The notes under the pieces: model-generated
The model's database searches: none
Told to the model about the DNA's origin: nothing
The model's input: only the letters and a program-made list of their open reading frames with translations
In this document: positions 38,001 through 50,279 of the stretch, one piece after another
Numbering within the stretch: position 1 is the first letter of the stretch
Layout: each line of letters begins with the position of its first letter
IMG/VR virus record: IMGVR_UViG_3300017791_000355
Coordinates: 32,001 to 96,000 of that record
DNA: 64,000 bases
Source: a virus
Lineage: Duplodnaviria; Caudoviricetes
Direction: 5' to 3' (one strand)
Translations under genes and position numbers: made by a program

Positions 38001-38898
38001 CGCGGACGAGCTACTGGCGATCCGACAGTCTGAGTTCGCGGACAAACCCGAGGAGTACATCCGCTGGCTCGAGGCGATGTACGAGGCCGCGATGGTGAAT
38101 TGGGACGGTACGCTCGACGAGTGCATTCGACTGAGAGTCGAGAATCGTCGGCTCAGGGAGCGCACGTGAGCGTTTGTCGAATGGATGATAGTACGTGGTG
38201 TTTCGAGGGCACGTGCAAGGATTGTGATGCGGCGCGTGTCACCACTTCCAGAGGCTCGATGAGCCGTACAATACCGCCGCTCGACACCGCAGATCTCAAA
38301 GCGCTCCGAGACGTTCGCGACCGCCGGTTCTCCATCCGGTCCGAGCTGACCTACGAGGAGCGCCGCGCGTTCGACCGCGTCTACGAGGTCATCGACGGGT
38401 GGCTGTCGCATTTCGGGACTGGCAAGTGAGCTTGCTCGGCACCATCCGTGTGGTCCCGGCAGCGGACCTCGACAACACCGACCCGAATCCAGCCGAGCCG
38501 TGCTGGTGCGGCGACCCCGCCTACCACGCGGCGTTCGGTCGCGTGCGCGGCTCGTGGTGTCGCAAGCACGCACCGAGATGCCGGTCCGGCGCGCACTTCT
38601 TCAACAACTGTCTCTGCGTCGGTGACGCCGAGCTCGCGCGACGACGCGCTGCGGGGAAGTTGTGAACCGCCGACCGCTCGACAGTGACTGCAACGGCTGC
38701 GGCGCTATCGCGGGTCGACGCTGCGCTGGCACCGCAAGTGGTCCGTCGTGCCCGGAGCGCCTCGGCGTTCCGAAGTGCGTCTACTGCGGACTGCTGGACG
38801 TACGCGGTCACGAGAACGTGTGCCGCGAGCACCCCGACCCCGAAGCCCAGGCACAGCGCATCTGGCCTGACTTCGACCACGACTATCCTCCCCACTGA
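35012..38898 (+). other. run of small translationally coupled hypothetical genes
   Basis: Successive GTGA/ATGA overlaps (e.g. 35717-35941, 35941-36342, 37094-37840, 37837-38169, 38662-38898); many Cys-rich. Confidence 0.55.
36339..36641 (+). CDS. paralog 4 (diverged) of the CWCAL/GxMxGWD family
   Basis: MTPEI...QCALAR...GLTQVESYGVMDGWD...GYAEGYELG. Confidence 0.7.
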   Translation: MTPEIVERVTRLAMKAKVKDRHQCALARVRESLGREHWRKSMQVIGIHVGLTQVESYGVMDGWDHTATQHCHFRSMVDRPGYAEGYELGCALYETLVEWR

Positions 38899-38913
38899 AA
38901 GATCAGCATCAAA

Positions 38914-39738
38914 GTGAAACCCTACCTCGACCTCCTCAAAGAAGTCCTCGCGTTCGGCGAGAAGCGCGGTGACCGCACCGGCACCGGCACGATCTCCCTC
39001 TTCGGGACCCAGTCCCGCTACGACCTGCGCGACGGGTTCCCGCTCGTCACGACGAAGCGCGTGCCGTTCCGCAACGTCGTGAAGGAGCTCCTGTGGTTCC
39101 TGTCCGGATCCACGAACACCAGGGATCTCGGCTGCTCGATCTGGGACCCGTGGGCGGACGAGGACGGGAACCTGGGGCCGATCTACTCGCACCAGTGGCG
39201 TAACTGGGGAGGTCTCGACCAAGGACGCGCCGTCACGCAGGACGCGCCGTTCGGCATCGACCAGATCACGCAGGTCATCGAGGGCATCAAGAAGAACCCG
39301 GAGGGTCGCCGGCACATCGTCTCGGCGTGGAACGTCGAGGACCTCGACGCGATGCGTCTCCCGCCGTGCCACGTGCTGCACCAGTACTACGTGTCCGGGA
39401 CCGGGTCCGGCCGGACGCGGTTCTTGGACATGCAGTTCTATCAACGTTCCGCCGACCTCCCCGTCGGGGTGCCGTTCAACGTCGCGAGCTACGCTCTTCT
39501 GCTGATGATGGTCGCGCAGGAGTGCGACCTGACGCCGCGCTACCTCATCCACACGATCGGCGACGCGCACATCTACCTGAACCAGGTCGACGGCGTGCGC
39601 GAGCAGCTCCTGAGGGCGCCGAAGCCGCTGCCGCGAGTAGTGGTGGCGCGGAAGCCGGTACTCGAGGTCCGCCTGGAGGACGTGCAGCTCCTCGACTATG
39701 ACCCGCACCCGGCGATCAAGTACGAGGTGGCGGTCTAG
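38914..39738 (+). CDS. thyA: thymidylate synthase
   Basis: [39 protein letters not shown]. Confidence 0.97.
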   Translation: MKPYLDLLKEVLAFGEKRGDRTGTGTISLFGTQSRYDLRDGFPLVTTKRVPFRNVVKELLWFLSGSTNTRDLGCSIWDPWADEDGNLGPIYSHQWRNWGGLDQGRAVTQDAPFGIDQITQVIEGIKKNPEGRRHIVSAWNVEDLDAMRLPPCHVLHQYYVSGTGSGRTRFLDMQFYQRSADLPVGVPFNVASYALLLMMVAQECDLTPRYLIHTIGDAHIYLNQVDGVREQLLRAPKPLPRVVVARKPVLEVRLEDVQLLDYDPHPAIKYEVAV

Positions 39739-39816
39739 CCGATTCTTGAAAGCTCGGACCCCTCCGCGGAGTTTGTCCAGGGAACGAACCTGGACCAGGC
39801 CGAGGACCGAAGCCAA

Positions 39817-40881
39817 ATGACTCATTTCACCGTCACTGTCAAGATCAACAGCGAGCGTCTCGCGAGACATCAAGGCAACGTGAATTCCGCGCTCGCGGAG
39901 CTGCTCGCACCGTTCTGCGAACACGAGAACGACGGCAACTCGAAGCAGTACTTCCAGTTCCTCGACGACGAGGATGAGTACTTGCGAGAGTACGAGACGG
40001 AGACGAGTAGTTGCGTGCGCCTGGCGTCCGGCGAGGTTGTCTCGAAGTACGACCCAAAGTACGGATTTCGCATCCGGTCGAGCATTGGTTGGTCGAGCAA
40101 CGACAGGTACGAGTACCCGCCCGGCGCGGTCGAGCTCGAGGTCCCGCACAAGGAGCGCTATTCGAGCTTCGAGGCGTTCGTAGGAGATTGGCACGGCACG
40201 AAGGCGCGCGACCCGGAGAAGAATCGCTACGGTCACTACGCGAATCCAAACGCGAAGTGGGACTGGTACTGCGTCGGCGGTCGCTGGACCGGGCACTTCC
40301 CGGTAGTACCCGACGCTCGTGTGAGGGTGACGCAACCGCGGGATAAGTGGGACGCTATTCCGAAGGTCGGATACTCGGACGTCGTGACTGCAGTGAATAT
40401 CGACTGGGAGAAGGTCGACTCGGACCACGCTCGAGAGATGGAGAAATACTTCGCGGAGTACGAGGAGTTGATCGCTGGTAAGGAGTTCGACGGTTTCGAC
40501 GGTCCGCGAAGTCGAGCTCTAGACATCGGACTCCTTCGCATCGAACAAGGTCCGTATCCGTCTCCGAAGGCGCACGAGGTCGTTCTGCCGTGGTCGCGAT
40601 ACGAGAATCTTCGCGGGACCGAACGTTTCGAGTGGAACGACGTCGCGACTCGCGTCTCGTACGACGAGTTCCGCGCCAAGTACGGCGCGTGCCTCCACCC
40701 GCTCAAGACCTACGCGGCGCTCGACGACGACGGCTGGCACGCGCCTGGCGCCATGGGCTGGTTCGGGTGCTCCAGTGACACGCCGAATCAGTACCTGGAG
40801 TTCGCCGAGTGGCTCCATGGCGCATTCTTCGAGCGATACCAGAGCACGGATACTCTGGTGATCGTGGACTGTCACATCTGA
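39817..40881 (+). CDS. conserved phage hypothetical protein
   Basis: NPNAKWDWY.VGGRW, GxMGWFG, VDCHI. Confidence 0.75.
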   Translation: MTHFTVTVKINSERLARHQGNVNSALAELLAPFCEHENDGNSKQYFQFLDDEDEYLREYETETSSCVRLASGEVVSKYDPKYGFRIRSSIGWSSNDRYEYPPGAVELEVPHKERYSSFEAFVGDWHGTKARDPEKNRYGHYANPNAKWDWYCVGGRWTGHFPVVPDARVRVTQPRDKWDAIPKVGYSDVVTAVNIDWEKVDSDHAREMEKYFAEYEELIAGKEFDGFDGPRSRALDIGLLRIEQGPYPSPKAHEVVLPWSRYENLRGTERFEWNDVATRVSYDEFRAKYGACLHPLKTYAALDDDGWHAPGAMGWFGCSSDTPNQYLEFAEWLHGAFFERYQSTDTLVIVDCHI

Positions 40882-41234
40882 TGAGCACGCAACACTTCAT
40901 GAACGGCATCGCAGGCCAGGAGATCAAGGGCTGTAGCTGCGGCTTCGAGTGCTCCACGGCCGAGGAGTGGCGCGAGCACTATCGACAGACGTTGAAGTCG
41001 TCGGCCTCGAGTCGCGCGAGTACCATGCGACGCTTCGTCCTCGTGCGCGCGGAGGACGTCAGTGGCACGTCCGGTACCGGCGTCGTCGCCGAGGGCGTGG
41101 AGTTCTCGAACGGCTCGGTCGCTATCCACTGGATCTCCCAGCTCGAGTCGATGGAGATCTGCGCGAACATGCACGTTGTCGATCAGATCCACGGTCACGG
41201 CGGACGGACGTCGGTTCAGTGGGTCGACGAGTAG
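40881..41234 (+). CDS. conserved phage hypothetical protein
   Basis: RRFVLVR.EDVSGTSGTGVVAEGVEFSNG...IHGHGG. Confidence 0.7.
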   Translation: MSTQHFMNGIAGQEIKGCSCGFECSTAEEWREHYRQTLKSSASSRASTMRRFVLVRAEDVSGTSGTGVVAEGVEFSNGSVAIHWISQLESMEICANMHVVDQIHGHGGRTSVQWVDE

Positions 41235-41235
41235 C

Positions 41236-44100
41236 ATGGGTTGCTACGACATCATCCGCGTCCCGTGTCCGACCTGTCAGGAAGTCGAGGACTTCCAGTC
41301 CAAGGGTGGACCTTGCAGCCTCTACACGTACGACCTCGACGACGCGCCGGCAGATGTCCTGATGGATGTGAATCGCCACAGCCCGTACACGTGTAGGAGG
41401 TGCGGGACTCAGTTCCAAGTCGCGACCCGATTCATCGCCATCGCGAAGTCAGTCGTTTACGAACCAGAGCAAGAGGACGAGTGATGCTGAAGTCGATCAT
41501 CCAGTCGGGGTTCCAGGGTCGGTACGTGTCCGAGCGGTTGCAGCGAGGGTGCATGCATAGCTGCATTCGCGAACGTCCCCGACTCGGCCGGGGCAAGACT
41601 CTGACGCTCGGTCCCATCGACGAGAGCGGGCCCTGGAGCCTCGACTAGATGAGCGACTTCTGGAAGAACGTCCGCGAGTTCGCCGCGCTGCGCGAGCACA
41701 TCCCGGCGTGCGCTCTCTGGTGTACGACGAGCACTTCGACTTGACGGAGAAGCAATGATCGACGAGACCAAGAGCAACGACACGTGGAACCGACTACTGG
41801 ACGACATCCTCGACGGGAAGCCGTTCCACGTCGTCGACTCTCGGGAGCTCCGACGCGCGCTCGAACAAAGGTCGTGGGACCGGCTCCGCGAGGCGTTTGC
41901 GAGGATTCGGGAGAACTGCAAGTGATCAACCCAAACCAGTTCCCCACTCGACTGGATGTCACCAAGGTTGAGCAGAAGGCCATCGAGGACCACATCGATC
42001 GACACCTTCAGGCCAACCGACGGAACGAGTGGCCGCTCACCATTCCCTCCGCTCGCTGTACGTGGCGACCGGAAAACCTCCAAGTCGTCCTCGACAAGTA
42101 CAAGTTGATCGGGTGGCGAGTAATCATCCCCTTCACGGGCGACCTGGCGATCTTCGATCTGCCGAAGGACCATTGATGCGCGCTGTACTTGTCTTCCTTC
42201 TCCTCGCGGCCTGCGGCAACGATGCCGTGGACTACGCGAAGTTCCTCGACCCGAAGGTCGACTGCACCGACCTCCATAACAAGGACAAGAACTTCGGCGA
42301 CGTAGCGATCTGTTTTCGCAACGTCGCGCCCAACGCGCCGTCCGAGTGGTGGCTCTGTACGAGCCGTCCTCTCGAGTGTCAGGTTCTCGGCGACAAGATC
42401 AAGCACGTCCTGGTCGTGCCCACCGTCCCGACGAAGGTCCCCGCGGAAGTCCCACCCACGGAGTCCAAGTGACGGACCGGCGCGCGGGCGGACCGCGACA
42501 CTACGGTCACCACTGGTCGTGCCGCGACAAGAAGTGCGAGGGTTGCTGCCTGGTCGTACCGATCGGCGACGACATGAAGTGCACGTGTGACCCGTCGGGA
42601 CGATGTCCGATCGAGCCGGACTGCGATGCCGGATCGTGCACCGTGTCCGAGGTCCTCGAGTCCGGACACTCGATCCGATGGCCGTCCGGCGCTATCGCGA
42701 CCACCGCCGGTCCACGCACGCTCGACCTCGAGGAAGAGCACGACGTGGTGAGGAAGTTACTGCTCGAGCGCGGGATCGACCCGTGTGCGGGGTGCGCGTC
42801 GCGCGGCGCGGAGCCGAAGACCGAGTACTGGACGGAGTGTGGTCACGCGGATGCGTCCGCGAGAGAGTGCTCGTACCAGTCGGAGATCAACGGCGTCGAT
42901 CGAACCTGTCTCTGCTGCGACTCGTGCGCGCACGAGTGCGCGATGGACGTGTGATGACCGACGAGGACAAGGACTTCTGCTTCATGATCATCATCCCGTT
43001 CGGCACGTTCGGGGTGTTCCTCTGGTGCACTCTGTACTTCAACGGAGGCTGCTGATGCCCAGGCACTCTGACTACGGACTCATCACCGACCTCGACTGCT
43101 GGATGCACGAGGCGTGGCCGTCGTTCATGGAGACGATGGAGGGACGTTTGTACGGCGAGTCGGCACTGAACGCCGCGTGGGCATTCTTCAAGGCGGGTTG
43201 GCGTGCCCGTGACAAGGACAAACGATGAACCTCGACCTCAACAACCTTCACTGGTACGGCTGGGCGCTGCTCGCGATCTCGGCTGCAGGCTTCCTCAACG
43301 AGGTCGCGGGCGCGATGCGCTACGTGCGTCGCGGCGACGTCGGCGTGAGCTTCCTCGTGCCCATCTGCGGCCTGACGATCGTGCTGTACATGCTGGTGTC
43401 AGCGTGAAGTTCTCGTACGAGGACTTGAAGGCCTGGTGTGTCCGGATCGTCGAGGGCCCCGGTGGACTCGAGGACTGGCACAAGTACGAGTGCTTCGGCA
43501 CCGAGCCCACGACCGTCGAGGTCGTCGAGTGGGTCATCCGCTGCCTGGGGAACCCGAAGTGCGAGGGCAGCTCGCAGGTCCTCGAGGCGATCGCGGACCG
43601 TCGCGAGTTCAAGCAGCGAGGTGGGAAGTGATCTGCACCCACGCGCTCGAGACCGTGTGCCCTCGGACGTCAGACGGTAGGTACGAGTTCAACGTAATTC
43701 GTCAGATTTGGGACGGCATCTGGTACCGCGTGATCGAGTTCGGTCACCCGATCAAGCACTGCATCGCGTGTGGTCTGCTGCACGGTTACCCGTTCGACCC
43801 GCAGTCTCTCCCCCAAACCGACGACGGATTGGCCGACGAACTCGCGCTTTGCGAGGAGGCTCAGTCATGACCGAACCTTTTGCCTACAGCGTCGATGCGA
43901 GTTGGTCCAGCGGAACTTCACGTCGCTGGCACGCTGCCCATCCCAACTCGCCGATTTGGAATGTACTCGTAGCTGCGTGCAACGAGTCGCTCGTGCTGAA
44001 CGAGCACGAATACTACGAGGTCCGTGGCGCACCTCTCGGGTCGCTCTGCCGCACAAAGCAGTGCACGAAGGCGTTCGGGCTCGTGAAGGTGGCCAAATGA
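41236..44100 (+). other. run of small hypothetical genes, including lipoprotein 42176-42472
   Basis: Coupled short ORFs; lipobox LAAC at 42176. Confidence 0.5.
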
Positions 44101-44870
44101 CCACCATCATCGGCACCTGCGGACCCGCCGGCTCTGGCAAGTCCACGGTCGCGTCTCATCTCGTCGAACGCTACGGCGCCGGCCGCTACGCGTTCGCGGA
44201 CCCGCTCAAGCAGCTCTGCATCCGCACCTTGGACTTCGCCCACGAGCAGCTCAACGGTACCCAGGCCCAGAAAGAGGCGGTCGATCCGCGCTACGGGTTC
44301 TCGGCGCGCTGGTTCATCCAGCGCCTGGGCACCGAGGGTGTGCGGACCGTGCTCGGGCCCGACTTCTGGTGGCGCTACGCGCTCGCCCGCATCTCCATCG
44401 ACGCTCCTGATCTCGCCGTCATAGAGGACGTGCGATTCGTCAACGAGGCCGACGGCGTTCGCGGGACGTGCGGGGACCCGGTCGACGTGGTCGAGATCAC
44501 CGATGAGCTCGTGACGGAGATTGGCTGGTACACACTGGGCGGACGACGCGCCGGCGACCTGACCATGGACGATTTCCTCGACCGCCTGGGTGCAGCATTT
44601 CGCTGCACCTTCGGGGGGGAGATCGCCCTCGGTGGTTGGGACGTCGACCTGGGTTACGTCTGGCGCCTCGAGTCGCCACGCTTCGCGCTGACGTCGGACC
44701 CGACTCACGCCTCCGAGGCCGAGTGGTCCAAGTGCGCGTACGATCTCCGGATCGCTCCGCGCGAGCACGGCCTGGACGCACTGTTCGAGCTCGTAGACCG
44801 AGCCGCACACTTCTGTGGGATCCCACGCATCGCCGAGCGTGAGGCTGCACTAGTCGACGACGCGGCGTAA
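44097..44870 (+). CDS. deoxynucleoside monophosphate kinase
   Basis: GPAGSGKST, FADPLK, QRLGTE, DVRFVNE. Confidence 0.9.
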   Translation: MTTIIGTCGPAGSGKSTVASHLVERYGAGRYAFADPLKQLCIRTLDFAHEQLNGTQAQKEAVDPRYGFSARWFIQRLGTEGVRTVLGPDFWWRYALARISIDAPDLAVIEDVRFVNEADGVRGTCGDPVDVVEITDELVTEIGWYTLGGRRAGDLTMDDFLDRLGAAFRCTFGGEIALGGWDVDLGYVWRLESPRFALTSDPTHASEAEWSKCAYDLRIAPREHGLDALFELVDRAAHFCGIPRIAEREAALVDDAA

Positions 44871-45030
44871 CGCAGCAGTCCAGTGCAGAACCCCTGGACT
44901 ACCCCATCACAGTGCATTTTTAGTATTGCCGATGAACAGCGGTCGTGGGAAGTTGGTCGGGTCGTGTCGGGGAAGCGCAGTGTGATCGGGGAGCACGCGA
45001 CGCCACATTTCCTGGTGAGAAGGAAGTTAG

Positions 45031-45765
45031 ATGACTGAGCCAGAGACCTCCGACCTCTCCCCCAATGACCTACAATTCGAAGAACACTGTCTGCCGCATC
45101 TCCAGGAGTTGACGAACTACGCGCGACGACTTGCGCGAGGAGACGTCCAGAGGGCCCACGACGTCGTCCAGGACTCCATCATCCGCGCCATGCGGGGATG
45201 GTCACACTTTGTCCTGGACCCCAGCGCGAACGTCAAGCGCGCCGTGCTGGGCTGGCTCTACCGCATCGTTCACAACACCTTCATGAGCGCTCACAAGGCG
45301 TCGAAGTGCAGGGCCGAGCACAACGCCAAGCTGATCGTCGAGAATCGCGTCGATGGTGTCAACGACCTCGTAGACGAGGTCGAGCTCGCCGGCGAGGACC
45401 CGAGAGACGCGGACGAGGGCGCTGGGGAGGAGGTGCTCGACGCGGTCGCCAGCCTCACGCCGGCCTATCGCCAGGCAATCGAGATGTACTACTTCGAGGG
45501 TCGGGCGATCGACGAGATCGCGGTCGAGTTGGGCATCCCCCGAAACACGGTCTTCACGCGCCTGCACCGGGCGCGGAAGTCGCTCAAGAAGTCCCTCTCC
45601 AAGTACGCGATCCAGAACCGCCTCGCGCTCCCGCCGCCGATGCTAGAGGACGCGCTACAGGTCGAGGGCGAAGCGCTCGAGGCGCCCGAGGAACTTGAGG
45701 CCGATGCCCGTCGCGTCGACTGCGTCGTGACTGGGCACGATCGCGGCGAGCTCCTCGTCGCGTAG
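45031..45765 (+). CDS. ECF-type sigma-70 factor
   Basis: Region 2 (AHDVVQD, WLYRIVHN) and region 4 HTH (EIAVELGIPRNTVFTRLHRAR). Confidence 0.9.
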   Translation: MTEPETSDLSPNDLQFEEHCLPHLQELTNYARRLARGDVQRAHDVVQDSIIRAMRGWSHFVLDPSANVKRAVLGWLYRIVHNTFMSAHKASKCRAEHNAKLIVENRVDGVNDLVDEVELAGEDPRDADEGAGEEVLDAVASLTPAYRQAIEMYYFEGRAIDEIAVELGIPRNTVFTRLHRARKSLKKSLSKYAIQNRLALPPPMLEDALQVEGEALEAPEELEADARRVDCVVTGHDRGELLVA

Positions 45766-46221
45766 TCGGGACCGGACGATCACACCGCGCGGCGAGGCCC
45801 ACGGGTCGCCCTTCTCGGCCTTGGGGATCCCGCCGCACCACTCTCTCGGCAGGTAGTCGAGGACCTCGGCGTCGAGCTCGCACGCGATAGCGACGTCCAC
45901 GCCGGCGAGCGGTACTAGGTCGTTCGGGTCGCCCTTGCTCTTGCCCTGGCGATACACCTGGGGCCACTCCACTCCCACGACCGAGACGTGCGCGCTAGGC
46001 GCCGCGTGCTCTCGGATCCAGGCGGCTACCAGGACACCGACGCGTCGGCATCGCTCTGCGCGGCCGAGTTCGGAAAAGTCCTTGGGGACCTTGACCCGCG
46101 ACGCGGCGACCAGGCGACCGCGATCCCAGACCGCCGCGGCGGGGTTGCGGAGTCCGGGGTCCGCGGAAGCGAACCATCCGAGGGCCAGGCGGCGAGCGAG
46201 ATCGAGGTCAGCGTAGTGCAC
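45655..46221 (-). CDS. RuvC-like Holliday junction resolvase
   Basis: ADPG, VEWPQ, PREW, HDAVDATGIG. Confidence 0.75.
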   Translation of the reverse strand: MHYADLDLARRLALGWFASADPGLRNPAAAVWDRGRLVAASRVKVPKDFSELGRAERCRRVGVLVAAWIREHAAPSAHVSVVGVEWPQVYRQGKSKGDPNDLVPLAGVDVAIACELDAEVLDYLPREWCGGIPKAEKGDPWASPRGVIVRSRLRDEELAAIVPSHDAVDATGIGLKFLGRLERFALDL

Positions 46222-46279
46222 GTCCAGGTGGAACCACTGGACGGCGGGCGGTGCTTTCGCTGAGAGATTCGACGATGTG

Positions 46280-49200
46280 TCAGCTGACGTTCCAATGAAC
46301 GTGTACTTGACCGTTCACGAGTCTTACGTCTACCTGAGGATCGTCGAAACCATGAGTCTCGAGGACGTGGCGCACCTCGTCCCTGACCCGGTTCAGTGTC
46401 TGCCGCGAAATCTCCATCCCCAATAATGGTCCAACGCCGACGCGCATGGATTCTTCTAACGCCGCGACGATGCGCTCGCGCTCGAGGACCTCGACAATGG
46501 GCGGCAGGCGCGTCGCGTTAGTCCACGGCAAGTCCTTCGAGTTGACGAGTAGAGGAGTCAGGAGCTCCTCGACTTCGCTCATCAGGGCAGCGACGACGTG
46601 CCAGGGTTGCTGGGACTCTCTCGCGTCCTTGAGGACTTCGTGAACATCCCTGACGTCGCGGAGGACCTTCAGCGGGCCGGGCATTAGAGCTTCGTAGTCG
46701 GGTCACAGGGACCCCAGTAATGCGGGTCCTGGAGACAATACTTACCTCCAAAACGAGGACCCCCGCACACGAAGAGTACGTATCGTCTCGGTTCCTCGTC
46801 GCCGTCGTCGCGGTTCTCGTAGACCCGTCGGAATCCGCTGGGCGTCACGCAGAGCTGCTCGACGAGCTCGAGCAGTGTCGGCTCGGGGAACTTGAGGTCG
46901 GTCAACGCGACGGTCACGAGTCGACCCCGTCGACCCACCACGTGTGCTGGCAGGAGAAGCACCTGAACTCGTCATCGTCCCATCCACCGCACGACGACGT
47001 GTGTGTTCGATACTTCACGTCCGCGACGTTGCAACGTCGACACTTCAAGATGTTGGCCGACTTCCACTCGTCCGGCTCGTCGAACTTCACTGGAGTCCCT
47101 GGCATGTGAGTCATCTCGCCTCCGCGTTCGCGCCGACGCACACGCGGTCGCACTCTGTAGTCGTGGTCGGGATGCAGCTCGTGATGACCATTCCGTTGCC
47201 GTAGTCGACGGTCGAGCAGATCTGGTCCTCGACCTGATGACAATTTCGACGCTCGAAGTGGCCGCCGTTGTCGACGCAACGGTGGTACTCGCGGACCGCC
47301 CCGACGATGCCGAAAACGATCAGCGTGAGCACCAAGGCGATGCCGAGCACGGCACCGATGACGGGCAGGGCGCGGGTCACGGCTCGACCTCGCTCACGAG
47401 CACCCACGGCGACTGCTCGTTCTCCAGCAACTTCGCGTGCTCGATCTCTTCAGCGAGCGTTCTCGGGATCTCCTTCTCGTTGACGACGAAGCGCCAGCGA
47501 GTGAACGGGTCCCCCGCGGCCGTGCCGTAGTAGACAGTCGCACGACGCTTCCACCACAGCATGCCGCGGTACACGTGCGCCTCCATGCGTTCGCAGTTGA
47601 GAAACTTGATCTTCATCGTTCATCCTCGTCCACGCGGAAACCTTCCCTGCGAAAGCCCTCGGCGCACTTCGCGCAGACACGAAGTCCGTACTCAGTGGTC
47701 GCGGAGGCCTCGTTCTCGCAAAGGACGTCGCGGTAGTCCTCCTCGTACTCCTTGTCTGGACCAAGCACGAGGACCGGCTTGACCTCGATCGTTTCGCACT
47801 TCATCGGTTCAATCCACCGAACAAGATGATCTTACGTCTCACTTCATTCTCTTCGCGAGCACGCCGACGAGCGGCACCTCGGCTCGCACACCGCAGTAGT
47901 CCGTCACGAAGCAGGCAAGTGACTCGTGAGCATCGTAGGAATGCCCGTGGTCGCTTACCTGAAACGAACCGGTCCGGACCTTGATGACGATGACCTCGTG
48001 CTGACCATTAGGCCACTTGACGAGGAGTTCCTCGCCGTCTCGGAGATCGACGCCATCGAGGCGATCGATCGAGCACCAGTTGCTGTAGCGCTCGATGGCG
48101 CGGAGGTCGCCGCTCATCGTTCGACCAAGAACTTCACGCCGACCGTCGGTCGGTCGCAGACCTTGAACTGGTGTCCGCAGGCCTGGCACTCGTGGATCTT
48201 GTGCGGTCGAGTCGCCCACTCACCTTCGTCGATGTGGCGCTCGAAGCAATTCGGGCATTCCAGGAGCATGCGGATGGGGAGTTCGTCCGCGGCACGCTTC
48301 TCGTCGAGCTTCCGGATCAGGTCAATGACCTGAAGACGCATCGAGCCGACCTGAGAAGTCATGGACCGGTCGCTGAAGTCGGCAGGTGCACCAGCGCCGA
48401 AGAGGTCGAGGGCCACGTATAAGTCGTGGCGGAGGGACTCGTAACTGTCCTGGAGCTCCTGGATCAACGCGGAGATCTTTGCATCGAACTGCTTACGATC
48501 AGCGAGCTCGATCAGCGCAGCGTCACGTTCCGCCGCGATCTTGTCGTAGAGTTGACTCGAGACGCCGTGGTCAATGACGTCGCTCACAGCGAGAACCTCG
48601 CCCGGAGGTTGGCCTGCTCCTCGGTCCCGAGTCCGGAGAACGAGATCGCGAACTCGAGGAGCTTCTTGTCGTCGCCGTGCTCGCAGACGTCGTGTCCGAG
48701 ACCTGGTCGCGCCGCGGCGTCGGTCCGATAGTCATCGGACGCGTAGTACGCGAGCGCGGCGTCGATCATCTGGTTCAGCGCGTCGAGGGGAGAGTCGGCC
48801 GCGAAGAGGTCGAGCGCGCCGTAGTGGTAGAACGACGCGACGAACCGCGTGTGCTCGACGTCCTCGTAGTCACCGCCCATGTACTCCGCGCGCAGGAACT
48901 CGTCCGCGTCGAGGCGGAACTGGATCTCCGAGTTCCCGCAGCTCGGCTCGTGGACCTTCACCAGGCGCTCGAGGAACGCGGCCGCGTTCGCGGTGGTCAG
49001 GCCGAGGGTGTGGATCCGCATCACGTCGCTGTACGCGTAGCAGCGACCCGTGCAGGCCTCGTACTTCATTCGGAAAAGCTTTCTCATGGCCTACTCCTTC
49101 GTCTCTACTTCGAAGAACTCCATCGCCTCGCTCGCGCTTTCAGAAATCACCACGTGACCCAGAACAGACCCAATTCGTCGACCCTCACCTTCAGCCCGAG

Positions 49201-49702
49201 CTCGGCGGCGACCTCGGCCTGGTACTTGTCGACGGCTGTCGGCAGGCGGCGCTGACCGCTAGAGGCGGCCTCGAGAACCTTCTTGTACAACGTGGACGGC
49301 TGCCCATCGTCCTCGCCGTGGGCCCACTTCCGGGCTGCCTGTCGCGCTCTCTTCTCGCCCTCCGCGAAGCGTGCCTCGCCCTCCGCGATCGCGTTCGCGA
49401 TGGTCGAGTCGAGGGGCGTTGTTGAAGCTCCGAATCGTTCGAGTGCGTCTTGTTGAGGGGTCATCTTAAGGTTCCGTGGGAAAGAGATCGCCCGACCCGT
49501 CCGAAATGACGAGCTCGATCTCCGAGTCGAGGTCCCAGTCGCGAAACACGTCGCGAGCCCCGCCGCAGTTGTTGACCACGTTCACGACGTCCAAGACGGT
49601 CGGATTGTCGGGCGCGTCGCCGTCGGGCCAAATGTCATCAACGCGCAGCTCAACGGAGCGCTCGAAGTGGAAGTACCAGGTTTTGTTCTTGGCTTCGATC
49701 AT
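46280..49702 (-). other. run of small hypothetical genes
   Basis: Coupled ORFs, e.g. 46280-46684, 48114-48587, 48584-49087, 49147-49464, 49466-49702. Confidence 0.55.
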
Positions 49703-49703
49703 G

Positions 49704-50279
49704 TCACTCCGCTTCCTTCTTCTCGGCCTCGTCGCACGCGCGTAGGAGCGACGCCGCCAGAACGCGCGCCTCGCGCACGTCGAGGAAGAACTGTTCCTCT
49801 ACGTCGAGGAACGGCGAGATACGCACGCAGATGTCGCGGTCATCGTCACAGTCGTCGATGAAGAATGCCTCGGCGTCGTCGTCGATCCAGTGCATGCGAT
49901 CGTAAGCCTTGATGCTGGACTCGCCCATGAGGATTCCGAGATTCTGATACAAGGTGGTACTCAGAATGCCCTCGTTTCGCACCACTCCGACCGCGCGGTC
50001 GTCGTAGAGGCGCTCCATCCGACCGCACTTGTGCGCCTGCACCGGGACGATCTCGCCGAGGTGCTCCTGACACCAGGCCTCGATCATCGCGCGCTGGACT
50101 TCGCGGTCGGAGTACTCCGGCGCGACGCGTGCCGTGATGATGCGGACCTCGACGTCGTCATCGAGGTAACGCTTCGCGAGCGCGACCATCTCTGGGATGG
50201 GCGCGCCGACGTGATCCACGTCCGCACCCTCCTCGTGTATCGCGAGCGTGCCATCAAGGTCGAAACCAACATACTTCAT
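49704..50279 (-). CDS. HAD-family phosphatase
   Basis: DLDGT, ITAR, YDD motifs. Confidence 0.8.
   Translation of the reverse strand: MKYVGFDLDGTLAIHEEGADVDHVGAPIPEMVALAKRYLDDDVEVRIITARVAPEYSDREVQRAMIEAWCQEHLGEIVPVQAHKCGRMERLYDDRAVGVVRNEGILSTTLYQNLGILMGESSIKAYDRMHWIDDDAEAFFIDDCDDDRDICVRISPFLDVEEQFFLDVREARVLAASLLRACDEAEKKEAE

Noticed and set aside
6561-40428. Long antisense ORFs (e.g. 8654-9787, 14075-15772, 30429-31760, 38521-40428)
   Set aside because: Shadow frames of GC-rich genes with clear homology on the opposite strand.
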